Source: an uncultured Rivularia sp. (GTDB lineage: Bacteria; Cyanobacteriota; Cyanobacteriia; Cyanobacteriales; Nostocaceae). From it: a DNA stretch of 64,000 bases. Positions 10,292 to 21,777 of the stretch are shown here, in pieces; the first letter of the stretch is position 1; the number at the start of each line of letters is the position of its first letter. The notes beneath the pieces are model-generated. The model saw only the letters and a program-made list of their open reading frames with translations. It was not told the DNA's origin and ran no database searches. A program made the position numbers and the translations under genes. Location of the stretch: positions 3,776,001-3,840,000 of the forward strand of contig OY762007.1 of assembly GCA_963665115.1 (NCBI GenBank), in the 5' to 3' direction.

Positions 10292-11593
10292 ATGCTGCGA
10301 ATTATTAATCAGCAGGCAGACGTTATAGCAGAATTGCAACGTATCTGCGATCGCACTAATGACGAACAGGTGCTTCACAAAGAAGCGACGGTGCGAGAAG
10401 TACTCCAAGCGGTGAAGCGCCAAGGCGATAAAGCAGTATTACATTACACTGCCGAATTTGATAATCAAATCCTGAATGCTGAAGAATTACGAGTAACTAA
10501 GTCGGAATTCGATCGAGCTTACAAAAATATCTCTAAGGATTTGTTAGAAGCAATTAAATTGGCCCGCTCAAAAATAGAAGCATTTCATCGACAGCGAGTT
10601 CCTAAAAGCTGGGTCAACTTTGGTGATGATGAAGTTGTTTTGGGTAAAAGGTATACTCCCGTAGATATTGCGGGTTTATACGTACCGGGAGGTCGAGCTT
10701 CATACCCAAGTACTGTATTGATGAACGCCATTCCAGCCAAGGTGGCGGGAGTTCCACGTCGGGTGATGGTCACACCACCAGGAAGCGAAAAGGGAATCAG
10801 TCCAGCTGTATTAGTGGCAGCTAAAGAAGCTGGAATCGACGAAATTTATCGTATTGGAGGAGCGCAAGCAATTGCCGCTTTAGCTTACGGTACTCAAACT
10901 ATTCCTAAAGTAAACGTTATTACCGGACCGGGAAACATTTACGTTACCTTGGCGAAAAAGTTAGTTTACGGAACAGTTGGTATTGATTCACTGGCAGGGC
11001 CAAGCGAAGTATTAATTATTGCCGATGAAACAGCAAATCCCAATCATGTTGCTGCCGACTTATTAGCCCAGGCAGAACATGACCCAATGGCAGCAGCGAT
11101 ATTGTTAACTACCGATGCTGCTTTGGCGAAGGATGTACAGGTCGCCTTAGAAAGACAATTAGTTGACCATCCAAGGCGGTTAAATACAGAAAAAGCTATT
11201 GCTCATTACGGTTTGGTAGTAATAGTAGAGTCGTTAGAAGTTGCCGCACAATTCTCTAACGAGTTTGCTCCAGAACATTTAGAGTTGGAAGTATCCGACC
11301 CTTGGGCGTTATTACCGAAAATTCGTCATGCTGGGGCAATCTTTTTGGGTCATTCTACCCCAGAAGCCGTGGGAGACTATTTAGCAGGTCCCAATCATAC
11401 TTTACCAACTTCCGGTGCAGCTAGATATGCTTCAGCATTAGGTGTTGAAACTTTCTTAAAGCACTCTAGTATTATTCAGTATTCGCAAACAGCATTAGAT
11501 AAAGTCGCTGGTGCAATAGATGTATTAGCCACTGCTGAAGGGTTAACATCCCATGCGGACTCGATAAGACGAAGAGTACAAAAAGAAGAGTGA
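10292..11593 (+). CDS. hisD: Histidinol dehydrogenase (start taken at MLRII)
   Basis: GLYVPGG, GPGNIYV, DSLAGPSE, QAEHD, APEHL and GPNHTLPT motifs. Confidence 0.96.
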   Translation: MLRIINQQADVIAELQRICDRTNDEQVLHKEATVREVLQAVKRQGDKAVLHYTAEFDNQILNAEELRVTKSEFDRAYKNISKDLLEAIKLARSKIEAFHRQRVPKSWVNFGDDEVVLGKRYTPVDIAGLYVPGGRASYPSTVLMNAIPAKVAGVPRRVMVTPPGSEKGISPAVLVAAKEAGIDEIYRIGGAQAIAALAYGTQTIPKVNVITGPGNIYVTLAKKLVYGTVGIDSLAGPSEVLIIADETANPNHVAADLLAQAEHDPMAAAILLTTDAALAKDVQVALERQLVDHPRRLNTEKAIAHYGLVVIVESLEVAAQFSNEFAPEHLELEVSDPWALLPKIRHAGAIFLGHSTPEAVGDYLAGPNHTLPTSGAARYASALGVETFLKHSSIIQYSQTALDKVAGAIDVLATAEGLTSHADSIRRRVQKEE

Positions 11594-11755
11594 ATTAGGA
11601 GTTAGGAGTTAGGAGTTACTTGAAAATTATCTATTCTCTCTACTCCTCTCTCCCTAATTATTAATCTTGTGTTGTCTTGGCTGGGTATTCGGGCAGGATA
11701 GCATTTATTTTTTCTGCTGATTTAAAAATATGGGTTGCATCCTGTTTGTTGCGAT

Positions 11756-12103
11756 TTAGATGTCAGTTTTTTCTTCAGTTACTTCAATATCTTGCAAAGC
11801 TGTTTCAAAGTTCATTCTTTGTTCTGCATTGCGTAAAAAATAACCGCTAATCATTGCCGATGCTAATAATTTACCCAAACTTTCACGATTAGTATTGATA
11901 TTGATATTAAAGTGTTCTGGAGGCAAACTCCCTAGTAGTCCTATAATATTACGCTCTATAACCCCTAAGACTTCAGAAGATTCTGGTTTAGATAATTGGC
12001 TAACTGTTTCAGGACTTAAAGAGCTAACATATTGCCATAATAAGTTGGCACTTTGGGATTCGCCATTAAAAAAATCCGAAACTCGATTGGATGGATTACT
12101 CAC
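11756..12103 (-). CDS. DUF760 domain protein (GTG start after AGGAGG)
   Basis: NLLWQYV...RESLGKLLASAMISGYFLRNAEQR. Confidence 0.85.
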   Translation of the reverse strand: MSNPSNRVSDFFNGESQSANLLWQYVSSLSPETVSQLSKPESSEVLGVIERNIIGLLGSLPPEHFNININTNRESLGKLLASAMISGYFLRNAEQRMNFETALQDIEVTEEKTDI

Positions 12104-12565
12104 GTTTTTCCTCCTTATATTTTTGATATAACAGTATAATAAGTAACTTTCATTTTGTGCGCCGTATGCTTTGCTGAAGCTCAAATCTGTCTTAGCCTTC
12201 TGCGTACATCCAATGTAACAAATTTATTGTGCATTAGAAGAAAGTTTAACCGTACTATAAGCATAGTATTTTTCTAAGAAGCTGATGGAAAAACGCTAAA
12301 GGAAAATGCCCAACTTCAGTGTTCTTTTAAGCTATTAATAAGGATACTCAATAAAAAAGAGGAAGATATTTGTTTCTTCCCCTTACTAAATCCGTTTTTA
12401 AAATTACATATAGAAAGTTTCCGCGTCTTCACCTTGTTGCTCGTTAAAGCCACTTTAAAGGGTATATGGACAAGCTAAAGTAATTTTATTTTCTTCCCCT
12501 GCCTGCCTCTACCCAGTGGTATTAACTTGAACTCAAACGAGTGACGAGTACTGAAGCTAAGCTTG

Positions 12566-13534
12566 TTAGCTAGCCAAATATTCATTCATATCACCTTTGG
12601 ACTTGCGGAGCTTATTTAAAGCTTCTCGCTCAATTTGACGCACTCGTTCCCGACTAATATTAAGCTGCTCGCCTATTTTCACAAGCGTCATTGCTTTTCC
12701 ATCATTTAAACCAAAGCGCAAAGTAATAACTTGCTGCTGCTGGGGTGTCAGATCGGCTATCAAAGACTCCAATTCATATGACAATGAAGATTGCATGACA
12801 AAATCTTCTGGAGAAGCGCCGGGATCTTCCAACATTTCTCCAAGCTCGGTATCGTAATTGTCCCCCAAACGCAAATCTAATGATAATGGAACGCGAGCTT
12901 TTTCTAAATACTCTCGCACCTGCTTGGGAGTCAAATCCAATTCTTGTGCCAATTCCGAGACTGTCGCAGCACGCCCATATTTTTGTGATAATTGACGTTG
13001 TGCTTTCTTAATTTTATTCAGTTTTTCTGTAATGTGAATTGGTAGACGAATTGTACGACCTTTTTCTGCAATCGCGCGAGTAATAGCTTGACGAATCCAC
13101 CAATAAGCATAGGTAGAAAACCTATAACCCTTACTGGGGTCAAACTTTTCTACACCGCGCTGCATTCCGATACTACCTTCTTGAATTAGATCGAGTAGAT
13201 CGACATTACGTTTAATATATTTTTTAGCAACCGAAACTACAAGTCGCAAGTTGGCTTCTACCATTTTGCGTTTAGCAACTTCGCCTTTCTCTATAGTTTC
13301 TTCTAACTCTTGGGGTTTTAACTTCGCACGCTCTGCCCATTCATCCAACGTCGGCTGACGTTTTAATTCGGTCGTTAGAGATTGTTTCACCGATTGCAAA
13401 GCTGTTGCAAGATGCACCTGCTTGCCGAGCAAAATCTCCTCCTCGTGAGTTAAAAGTGGTACGCGACCAATCTCACGCAGATAAGTCCGCACGAGGTCTT
13501 TAGGTGTCTGAACGGTCTTCATAGCGCTAGGCAT
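12566..13534 (-). CDS. sigD: Group 2 RNA polymerase sigma factor (SigD-like)
   Basis: [41 protein letters not shown] and SRERVRQIE; lacks region 1.1; the paralog assignment is tentative. Confidence 0.7.
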   Translation of the reverse strand: MPSAMKTVQTPKDLVRTYLREIGRVPLLTHEEEILLGKQVHLATALQSVKQSLTTELKRQPTLDEWAERAKLKPQELEETIEKGEVAKRKMVEANLRLVVSVAKKYIKRNVDLLDLIQEGSIGMQRGVEKFDPSKGYRFSTYAYWWIRQAITRAIAEKGRTIRLPIHITEKLNKIKKAQRQLSQKYGRAATVSELAQELDLTPKQVREYLEKARVPLSLDLRLGDNYDTELGEMLEDPGASPEDFVMQSSLSYELESLIADLTPQQQQVITLRFGLNDGKAMTLVKIGEQLNISRERVRQIEREALNKLRKSKGDMNEYLAS

Positions 13535-14026
13535 AAAGGGTAATGAAAATAAGTATTGACGGTAAATTTACAATTAGGTAGACGCATAAACCGGGTATAC
13601 CTTAAAAAAGTAGAGAACCCAGATCCATTAAAGTGCTATTAAGGCACCTTAGAAACTCGGCATAAGAGTAATTTTAAATTTGATTATTAATTGCTAATAT
13701 TTGCAGTTTGTAACCCTGCCTCACAAGTACCTACAGTTAGATATAAGGTAACTAATTAAACATTTCCTCAATTCTTTATATTGTAAATAATTGTAACATT
13801 TATGAAAACTTTCAGACAACCATTAAATTCTTTTCTCTATTGTCGCCTGTATTACTGGTAAATAAACTTAAATTTTTCCTAAAGAATATCTTCGGAAATT
13901 TAAAATTAGAAAGTTTTTTCTTAATTTAAGCTACACAATCAAGTATAAAAATGGTAACTATTAGTTTTTCAATTTGTTCATTTTAATAAGGCATGGGGGA
14001 TAGCTCACGGAGTTAGGAGTAGTTAG

Positions 14027-14104
14027 GGTTAAAGGTTAAAGGTTAAAGGTTAAGGGTTAAAGGTTAAAATTCCCTTGTCCCCTTGTCCCCTTGTCCCCTT
14101 GTCT
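14027..14104. repeat. Tandem GGTTAAA 7-mers and CCTTGTCC 8-mers
   Basis: Directly visible tandem units. Confidence 0.8.
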
Positions 14105-14129
14105 CCCCATCTCCTCATCCCCCATCCCC

Positions 14130-17100
14130 TTACCGGACTAAACAGTAATCCTGAATCAGCTTCACATCCAAATTGGTATTTTGCAAAGAACGAATGGCGG
14201 CAAGGGTTGCTTTTGCACCGGCAATTGTGGTTAGCATGGGTATTTTGTAAGATAATGCCGTGCGTCGAATTAATCTACCATCGCTTTGGGCTTCTTGACC
14301 TGAAGGGGTGTTAATAATTAGTTGTATTTGACGATTTTTTATGGCATCGATAACATGGGGACGACCTTCATGTAGTTTGAGTACTTGCTCTACATTTAAC
14401 CCATTTTCTTTAAGTACTCGCTGGGTACCGCTTGTTGCCATTACAGAAAATCCCAATTGAATAAATTCTTTGACTACGGGAATCGCAGCAGCTTTATCGC
14501 GGTCGTTCATAGATACAAACACCGTACCGCTTAAAGGTAAATGCTCTCCTGCACCCATTTCGGCTTTTGCATATGCCCTGCCAAAGTCACTATCTATGCC
14601 CATTACTTCGCCAGTCGAACGCATTTCAGGCCCTAGAATGGTGTCGGTGCCTGGGAATTTATTGAACGGCAATACTGCTTCTTTAACGGCAATGTGAGAT
14701 GGTATGACTTCTTGAGTAAATCCAAGTTCTTCCAAAGTCTTGCCCGACATAGCCAAGGATGCTAGTTTGGCGATCGGTACGCCTGTTGCTTTGGAAACGA
14801 AGGGTACGGTACGAGAAGCGCGGGGATTGGCTTCTAAAATGTAAACTTGAGGAGAATAAGTTTGAACGCCTACGATAGCAAATTGGACGTTCATTAATCC
14901 GACAACTTTTAAAGCTTGGGCCAACTTAATAGTAGAAGTACGAATTTCTTGGAGAATTGCTTGAGGTAAGGAAATTGTGGGTAGCGCACAAGCCGAGTCT
15001 CCCGAGTGAATTCCTGCTTGTTCAATATGTTCCATAATGCCGCCAATTACGACTTTACCCGTGCTATCGGCAATCGCATCTACATCTACTTCTGTAGCGT
15101 TTTCCAAAAACTTATCTACTAATATGGGATGTTCTGGTTCTACCTGTACGGCAAAAGTCATATACCGTTCTAATTCGGCATCCGAGTAAACGATTTCCAT
15201 TGCTCTTCCACCCAGCACGTAACTAGGACGCACTACTACTGGATAACCAATGCGTTTAGCTACTATCATTGCATCTTCGTAAGTTCTAGCAATTCCGTTA
15301 GGCGGTTGGGTTATATTCAGTTCCTGAAGAATTTTTTCAAATTTTTCCCTGTCTTCAGCAGCGTCGATGGAATCAGGAGAAGTTCCCCAAATTTTTGTTT
15401 GTGGACTTGAGGTTTGTAAATATTTTTGCAAAGGTAAAGCTAATTTTAAAGGTGTTTGTCCTCCAAATTGCACGATTATCCCTACCGGATTCTCAGCTTC
15501 AATGATATTAAGGACATCTTCTAAGGTTAGCGGTTCAAAATAAAGGCGATCGCTGGTGTCATAATCCGTAGAAACTGTTTCTGGATTTGAGTTGACCATT
15601 ATCGTCTCGTAACCCGCATCCTTGAGAGCGTAAGCAGCGTGACAGCAACAATAGTCAAATTCAATTCCCTGTCCGATACGGTTGGGGCCTCCACCTAAAA
15701 TCATTACCTTGGGTTTGTCGCTTGGTATTACTTCGCTTTCTTCTTCGTAAGTAGAGTAATGGTAGGGAGTAAATGCTTCAAATTCAGCCGCACAAGTATC
15801 TACTGTTTTATAAACTGGAATAACTTCTAATTGCTTGCGTTTTTCTCGAACTGCATCTTCGGTGGTTTTGGTTGCAAAAGCAATTTGTTTGTCGCTAAAA
15901 CCATATTGCTTAATTTCATATAACTGTTCTTTTGTCAATTCTGTTAAAGGAGTTCGCTTGATGAATTTTTCAACCTCCAGCAATTGCTGCATCTTGTCTA
16001 AAAACCAATGGTCAATTCCAGTCAGTTCGTAGATTTCGTCAATGCTAATTTTTAACTGCATCGCGTGACGCACGGCGTAAATCCGCTCTGGATTTGGGGT
16101 TCGTAATTGAGCGCGGATTTGTTCTCCAGAAGGTAATTTTTCATGGCGATCGCAACCCCAGCCAGCCCGTCCGGTTTCTAGAGAACGCAAGGCTTTTTGG
16201 AAGGATTCGTTAAAAGTACGACCGATTGCCATTGCTTCCCCTACGGACTTCATTTGAGTTGTCAGTACCGAGGAAGAACCGGGAAATTTTTCAAAAGCAA
16301 AGCGAGGAACTTTGGTGACAACGTAATCAATAGTTGGTTCAAAGGATGCAGGAGTTTCCTTTGTAATATCGTTTTTAATTTCATCTAAGCTGTAGCCGAC
16401 AGCTAACTTAGCCGCCATTTTGGCTATAGGAAAACCCGTGGCTTTACTAGCTAAAGCCGAACTACGAGAAACGCGGGGGTTCATTTCAATTACAACGACT
16501 TCCCCTGTCATGGGATTGACGGCAAATTGAATATTAGAACCGCCAGTTTCTACACCAATCTCGCGGATAATTTTAATTGCGATATCTCGCAAGCGTTGAT
16601 ATTCTTTATCGGTAAGCGTTTGAGCGGGAGCAACCGTAATCGAATCTCCCGTATGAATACCCATCGGGTCAATATTTTCAATCGAACAGATAATCACCAC
16701 ATTATCCGCCAAATCGCGCATCACTTCCAGTTCGTATTCTTTCCAACCCAACAAAGACTGATCGATAAGAATTTGCGATACAGGTGAAGCATCAATACCC
16801 GCTTGCGCCATTTCTTCAAATTCTTCTTGATTGTAAGCAATACCGCCACCAGTACCGCCCATAGTAAAACCTGGGCGAATAATTAAGGGATAGCTGCCGA
16901 TATCTCTTCCTATAACTCTAGCTTCTTCCAAAGATGAAGCAGTACCGCTAGGACAAATTGCGACATCAATTCGCGCCATTGCATCGCTAAACAATTTTCT
17001 GTCTTCAGCTTTTTCAATTGCTGGTAACTTAGCTCCAATTAGTTCGACACCATACTTATCTAAAACACCATTTTTTGCCAAAGCAACAGCGATATTGAGC

Positions 17101-17384
17101 GCAGTTTGTCCTCCCATCGTGGGTAATAAAGCATCGGGACGTTCTTTCTCGATGACTTTTTCTACCATTTCTGGCGTTAATGGCTCAATATAAGTCCTGT
17201 CGGCAGTTTCCGGATCGGTCATAATCGTAGCTGGGTTAGAATTTACCAGCACAACTTCGTAACCTTCTTCCTGCAAAGATTTACAGGCTTGGGTTCCAGA
17301 ATAATCAAACTCACAGGCTTGTCCAATAATAATTGGACCAGAACCTAATAATAAAATTTTTTGAAGGTCTTCGCGACGGGGCAT
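14130..17384 (-). CDS. carB: Carbamoyl-phosphate synthase large subunit (start taken at MPRR)
   Basis: [20 protein letters not shown], duplicated ATP-grasp halves and C-terminal MGS domain. Confidence 0.97.
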   Translation of the reverse strand: MPRREDLQKILLLGSGPIIIGQACEFDYSGTQACKSLQEEGYEVVLVNSNPATIMTDPETADRTYIEPLTPEMVEKVIEKERPDALLPTMGGQTALNIAVALAKNGVLDKYGVELIGAKLPAIEKAEDRKLFSDAMARIDVAICPSGTASSLEEARVIGRDIGSYPLIIRPGFTMGGTGGGIAYNQEEFEEMAQAGIDASPVSQILIDQSLLGWKEYELEVMRDLADNVVIICSIENIDPMGIHTGDSITVAPAQTLTDKEYQRLRDIAIKIIREIGVETGGSNIQFAVNPMTGEVVVIEMNPRVSRSSALASKATGFPIAKMAAKLAVGYSLDEIKNDITKETPASFEPTIDYVVTKVPRFAFEKFPGSSSVLTTQMKSVGEAMAIGRTFNESFQKALRSLETGRAGWGCDRHEKLPSGEQIRAQLRTPNPERIYAVRHAMQLKISIDEIYELTGIDHWFLDKMQQLLEVEKFIKRTPLTELTKEQLYEIKQYGFSDKQIAFATKTTEDAVREKRKQLEVIPVYKTVDTCAAEFEAFTPYHYSTYEEESEVIPSDKPKVMILGGGPNRIGQGIEFDYCCCHAAYALKDAGYETIMVNSNPETVSTDYDTSDRLYFEPLTLEDVLNIIEAENPVGIIVQFGGQTPLKLALPLQKYLQTSSPQTKIWGTSPDSIDAAEDREKFEKILQELNITQPPNGIARTYEDAMIVAKRIGYPVVVRPSYVLGGRAMEIVYSDAELERYMTFAVQVEPEHPILVDKFLENATEVDVDAIADSTGKVVIGGIMEHIEQAGIHSGDSACALPTISLPQAILQEIRTSTIKLAQALKVVGLMNVQFAIVGVQTYSPQVYILEANPRASRTVPFVSKATGVPIAKLASLAMSGKTLEELGFTQEVIPSHIAVKEAVLPFNKFPGTDTILGPEMRSTGEVMGIDSDFGRAYAKAEMGAGEHLPLSGTVFVSMNDRDKAAAIPVVKEFIQLGFSVMATSGTQRVLKENGLNVEQVLKLHEGRPHVIDAIKNRQIQLIINTPSGQEAQSDGRLIRRTALSYKIPMLTTIAGAKATLAAIRSLQNTNLDVKLIQDYCLVR

Positions 17385-17594
17385 AGTTGTTGCCTTTAAA
17401 TACAAGAATATGAATCCCGATCATTTTAAGTTCTTTATTGACCACTTATGCTATTTATTCTCAAGGTTTGTTGTTTTCATGACGAAAATTTACGGGTAAA
17501 TGCTGTTGAACCCGCTTAGAAGACAGCAATATGGTTCAGTTTAATAAAGCCGGAGAAGCGGGCAAAACCCAACAGTTCGTCAGAATTTGAAATT

Positions 17595-17727
17595 CTAGTA
17601 CTCCGCCACATCAGTTTTGCAAGGTAATAAAAATGTAGTGGGAGCGTCTCGCTCCCTCGTGACAACCAGCGAGCTTTCCGGCTTGCACTCCCGGAAACTC
17701 CGCAGAATTATCGTGGTTGAGTACTAG
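17595..17727. mobile_element. MITE-like element
   Basis: Imperfect terminal inverted repeats CTAGTACTCCGCCAC / GTGGTTGAGTACTAG with TA or CTAG duplicated; internal hairpin GGGAGCGTCTCGCTCCC. Confidence 0.7.
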
Positions 17728-17937
17728 GAAACCTGCTTTGTTCAAAAAGCCGGGTTTCTTTATTTTGGCAAACCATTTATACCTAAATCGAAAAATGCTG
17801 TAAATAACTAAATACCTTTAATTTAATTCAAATTAACCAAGTTACAAATTTTAGCTTTTATAAATTGAGAAATAATCTTAATTAATAACTGAATCGAAAA
17901 AATTAACTTGTATTTAGATTGATTAAATATTGATAGA

Positions 17938-17952
17938 TAAGAATCATTCTCA
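17938..17952. promoter_or_regulatory. Fur/PerR-like 7-1-7 palindrome
   Basis: TAAGAAT-C-ATTCTCA; a related site TTGAGAAATAATCTTAA lies at 17865-17881. Confidence 0.4.
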
Positions 17953-18029
17953 CTAAAAATAAAAACGTTACAAAAATATTTATAATAAATAATTAGAGTA
18001 AGAATAAGAAATTAATTTGCTATCCAATT

Positions 18030-18066
18030 AAAAATGACAGAGAAATAGCTATGCATCCTCTGTCAT
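18030..18066 (-). terminator. Intrinsic terminator of dps
   Basis: ATGACAGAG...CTCTGTCAT stem with a T-run on the minus strand. Confidence 0.7.
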
Positions 18067-18138
18067 GAATTAAAATTTTAAGTTATATGAGAAACTTTCT
18101 TACTGAAGAAAGTGGAGAAATCTATTCTAAAAAGAACA

Positions 18139-18693
18139 TTAATTACTACTTGACTGAACAAATCCCAAAGTTAAGCTGTCTTTAGCTAGGAAGTGAGATA
18201 AATGATAAGCACGTTCCTCAGTTTTGAGAAGCATTTGCTCGTACAAAAGACGTGTAGCTCTATCGCCCAAACTCTCAGCCTGAGTAGCTTGACGACGAAT
18301 GACTCCAATCATTGCTTGCTCTGCTTTCAAATCGTTTTCGATCATTTGACGGCAAGAATAGATACCATCGGATTCTTGCTCAAAGCAGCATAATTCCGCT
18401 AATTTGCTGAAAGAAGCAACGGGTACACCGCCAAGTCCATTTAAGCGTTCTCCAATTTCATGGATATGTCCTTGTACTTCTCCATAGCAATCGTTAAAAA
18501 AGTCATGCAAAGAATAGAATTCCGAACCTTCTACAACAAAATGATGTTTTTGGTACTGAATGTAGAGTGCTTGAAAACTAGCTAATACAACGTTAAAACC
18601 TTCACAGACTGGTTCTGTAACGCTTTTGTCAAGTAACACAGGATTATCGTAAACCTGTCCAAAATTTTGTAATAAAGTTTGTGTGTCAGCCAT
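18139..18693 (-). CDS. dps: Dps-family ferritin-like protein (DpsA type)
   Basis: [16 protein letters not shown]...[14 protein letters not shown]...EERAYHL. Confidence 0.92.
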   Translation of the reverse strand: MADTQTLLQNFGQVYDNPVLLDKSVTEPVCEGFNVVLASFQALYIQYQKHHFVVEGSEFYSLHDFFNDCYGEVQGHIHEIGERLNGLGGVPVASFSKLAELCCFEQESDGIYSCRQMIENDLKAEQAMIGVIRRQATQAESLGDRATRLLYEQMLLKTEERAYHLSHFLAKDSLTLGFVQSSSN

Positions 18694-19135
18694 TGTTCTC
18701 CTCGCTTATTATCGCTGATTAACAGTCTATTTTGCTAACTGGTTAATCTTTTATATCTTAACATCATAAAACATAATTTTTTTCTGTCAAATATTTTATA
18801 TTTTGAAAGATTTTATTCAACTTTTATTTAATAATTACTAGTTACAAACCCATTTTTATACTCGTTATTGACATCTTTTTTCTAAATCGCGCCACTAATT
18901 TGTGCAAAACAGCTTTTTATCCTTCCGCATCTTAAAACTTGTATTTATCAAAACGAAGAACAATTGACGCGAACAATCTCGGCTTACTTCTGCAAATAAA
19001 CCGTATAAACACATCTAATAGAAATACTTATAAATAAAACGAACTTGTGAAAAACTTATTCCAAGATAGCCAGTATTTTTCTTTTTTCAAGCCAAATTGG
19101 CAGATTCTATGGGGAGATGGGAAATGAGGGGAGTG

Positions 19136-19193
19136 GCGTTAGCGCAGCGAGGCGTTAGCCTTACCCGTTCACCGGAGGTGTTCCCGAAGGGTA
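19136..19193. repeat. Nested small GC-rich dispersed repeats
   Basis: GCGTTAGC duplicated and TACCC...GGGTA palindrome, embedded in STRR-like DNA. Confidence 0.5.
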
Positions 19194-19404
19194 GGGGGAG
19201 ACAAGGGGACAGGGAGAAGAATTAATTACTCCTAACTTCTAACTTTTAACTCTTGATTTAAAATTTAAGTTTTTATTTTTTTTTAAAAGTTACTGAGAAA
19301 TGTTTGCATCTAACATATAATTGTTAGAGAATCTGGATTGCAAAGTTAAAGCAGTGTTGTTGTAACGAATGCTGCGAGTTTATTGCACTTTGAGGGTATT
19401 TATC

Positions 19405-19662
19405 TTGAAATCGTTTGATTCGCGATCGCAGACAAAACACGTTGTTGAGGTGAGTTGGGCAGACCGTTGGCAAGTTTATCAGCGGTTGCAGGAGCTACAC
19501 ATTCCTTCTTGGTGTAGTAGTAATCAACCTTTAACAGTTGAAATTGCTAACACCGAAGCTGCTATCCAACTTTGGAGCGTTATGCGGCAGCTAAATGCCT
19601 CCCGTCAAGACTTAATCTGTAGTCTCATGGAGTGTTTGAATTATCGTCCTCGGCACCTGTAA
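19405..19662 (+). CDS. Asr1405/Asl0597 family protein (TTG start after GAGGG)
   Basis: VSWADRWQVYQRLQELHIP...AAIQLWSV. Confidence 0.8.
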   Translation: MKSFDSRSQTKHVVEVSWADRWQVYQRLQELHIPSWCSSNQPLTVEIANTEAAIQLWSVMRQLNASRQDLICSLMECLNYRPRHL

Positions 19663-19758
19663 TTAATTAGATATTGTCGTTCTAATTAGAGGGTTGTCTA
19701 GATGTAAATCCTTGCAGAATAGCTACTTTGGATCAGTTGTTGTACAGGTTTAAAAATA

Positions 19759-20400
19759 ATGGGAAAATCTCACCGTAAAGAAACGTCAGAATTTTGTCTT
19801 GAGGGACGATTTTTAGAATTTGTAATCAAAGATGGTTATAAACTCAAAGCTTTACTCATAGGTACTTCTGAAGGCGATCGCTATATCAAATTAGCAAAGC
19901 ATTTAAGAGAGGCTTTTGATTTACGTCTACCACCCGGTACTTGGTTACAGATTGTGGGTGAAAAGCAATATGACACCAAAAATGGTGAAGTTAAGTTAAA
20001 AGCCGAGCGAGTTATGGCTTGTCTTAAGGAAGTGGAAAGAAAAGAAGAAGTACTTCCTGCAATTGCCGAAAAACCTAAAGAAAATAAGCAAGAAAAACCT
20101 GCTAAAAGTAATAGTATATTAGTGTGCCAAAAATCTAGTTGCATGAAGCGTGGTGGCAAAAAGCTATGTCAGGCAATAGCAGCTTCTATCAGCGAACGTG
20201 GATTAGAAGATCGAGTTGCTATTAAAGGTACCGGCTGCATGAAGAAATGTAAAGCAGGTCCTAATTTGATCATGCCAGATAAGACTCGTTACACTAAAAT
20301 TCAGGCAGAACAAGTATCTACTGTTATGGACAAGCATTTTGGTCCTAGAGAGCAAGTAGAAATTCTGACATCGGAGATAGTTAACGTTAATACCATGTGA
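19759..20400 (+). CDS. Thioredoxin-like (2Fe-2S) ferredoxin domain protein
   Basis: C-terminal CQKSSC...GCMKKCKAGPN. Confidence 0.85.
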   Translation: MGKSHRKETSEFCLEGRFLEFVIKDGYKLKALLIGTSEGDRYIKLAKHLREAFDLRLPPGTWLQIVGEKQYDTKNGEVKLKAERVMACLKEVERKEEVLPAIAEKPKENKQEKPAKSNSILVCQKSSCMKRGGKKLCQAIAASISERGLEDRVAIKGTGCMKKCKAGPNLIMPDKTRYTKIQAEQVSTVMDKHFGPREQVEILTSEIVNVNTM

Positions 20401-20491
20401 ACTGGATAACATTTAATGCAAGAATTTACTAAGAAGCTTGCAAGTTATGTTTTTGATATGCCCGTAATTCTTGATAAGTATTTTCAACTGC

Positions 20492-20524
20492 AAAAGCTGG
20501 GTTTGTTAGGCAAACCGAGCTTTT
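20492..20524 (+). terminator. Probable terminator after the ferredoxin-domain gene
   Basis: AAAAGCTGGGTTTG-TTAGG-CAAACCGAGCTTTT hairpin. Confidence 0.6.
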
Positions 20525-20529
20525 GCAGT

Positions 20530-21236
20530 TTTAGTCAATGCTACCAAACATTATTAGATTTATTCTTCTTCCGCAGCAAGATTGTCAAAGCCTTTCAAGA
20601 TAGCCGGATAATTTATCAAAATATCGCTACTGCTTACGATGAAATTGAAAAAATCATCGAAGAAATTTAATCAATCGCCGAATCAGAACAAATAACAACC
20701 AAAATATTAAATCAGTTGACTAATAAATTAAAAGAATTACCGCAAAAATCATTAACATATACACGTTTATTGAGAAACTTAAAAGACTATCAAAATACGA
20801 TTGACATTAACCGCAATAACTAAGCTGTTGCGTATTCAATTTGTATATGAGAAGCGGGCAAGATGCCCGCACTACAATCGTTCAAATTCTTTACCTTATA
20901 CAATTTAGCTGCACGTCAGCTTATCAAGAAAAACTCAGAAAAATCAGCGCTGCAACTCAAGACGAGAATTTAAGTATTCTCGAAACTTTCTACAAACAAA
21001 ATTGCGAGATATTCTACAAACAAATCAATGCCGATATTGGATAATTCGAGCAAGGCTCAAACTTATTAGAGCAAGCAACAGCATCTATTCGCGGTATCGT
21101 CGAAATCGAACAAACCAAACGCGATCGCCGCAGCCTTGAAGCTGAACGCAATCTCAACACTATAATACATACTCTCGGTATCGGCTTTGGCAGTGGTGCA
21201 ATTATTTCCGGTGTAATTGTACAGCATATTAAATAA
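20530..21236 (+). pseudogene. Degraded remnant of a helical, membrane-anchored hypothetical protein
   Basis: One reading frame broken by TAA at 20668 and 21042 and by a MITE at 20821; the C-terminus contains a hydrophobic segment. Confidence 0.7.
20823..20921. mobile_element. 99-bp MITE with TA target-site duplication
   Basis: TA-AGCTG...CAGCT-TA with imperfect TIRs ending in TTGTATA/TATACAA; removing it restores the host frame. Confidence 0.8.
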
Positions 21237-21777
21237 TCCCAACCAGCAATCTTTAAAACTGAAAACTACTGGTTTGGTATGACTACACCGAGATGGATTA
21301 TATTAGTGTCTACTTTTAATAGTATATTGATAATAACTATTATGGGTGAAGTTAGTATTTGTGAGTTTGACCTTAGTAGCGGTTACATGACAAAAAACGA
21401 CGTTGGCTATTTCTATTTACCAAAACTACTAAATATTCACTGTTAGATATTAAAGACGTGCAAGTAGAGTGGGAAAAACATAAAAGTAATCTTTATCGAA
21501 TTACCATTACTCTCGCTTCTGCCAAAAAAATTCCTCTGAGTACCTCAGATGCTAATTACTTAAAATCTGCTAAAAAAATAAAATCTTCAGCAAATAAAAT
21601 CCGAAACTTTATCTCTTTACTAAGTAATTAAAGCTTTTAACTAAAAGTCCCTACCTAAAGACTGAATTATTAACCCTTAAGTTAAAATTAATTATCTCTC
21701 AAGTACAGCTTAAATATTTATTAACTTTCTTTATAATAAAAGTCTTGCTTTCATATTACACCAATGGTGAAATTAAG

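Noticed and set aside
20416..20670. 84-aa ORF as an independent gene
   Set aside because: Chimera of a terminator region and the pseudogene remnant
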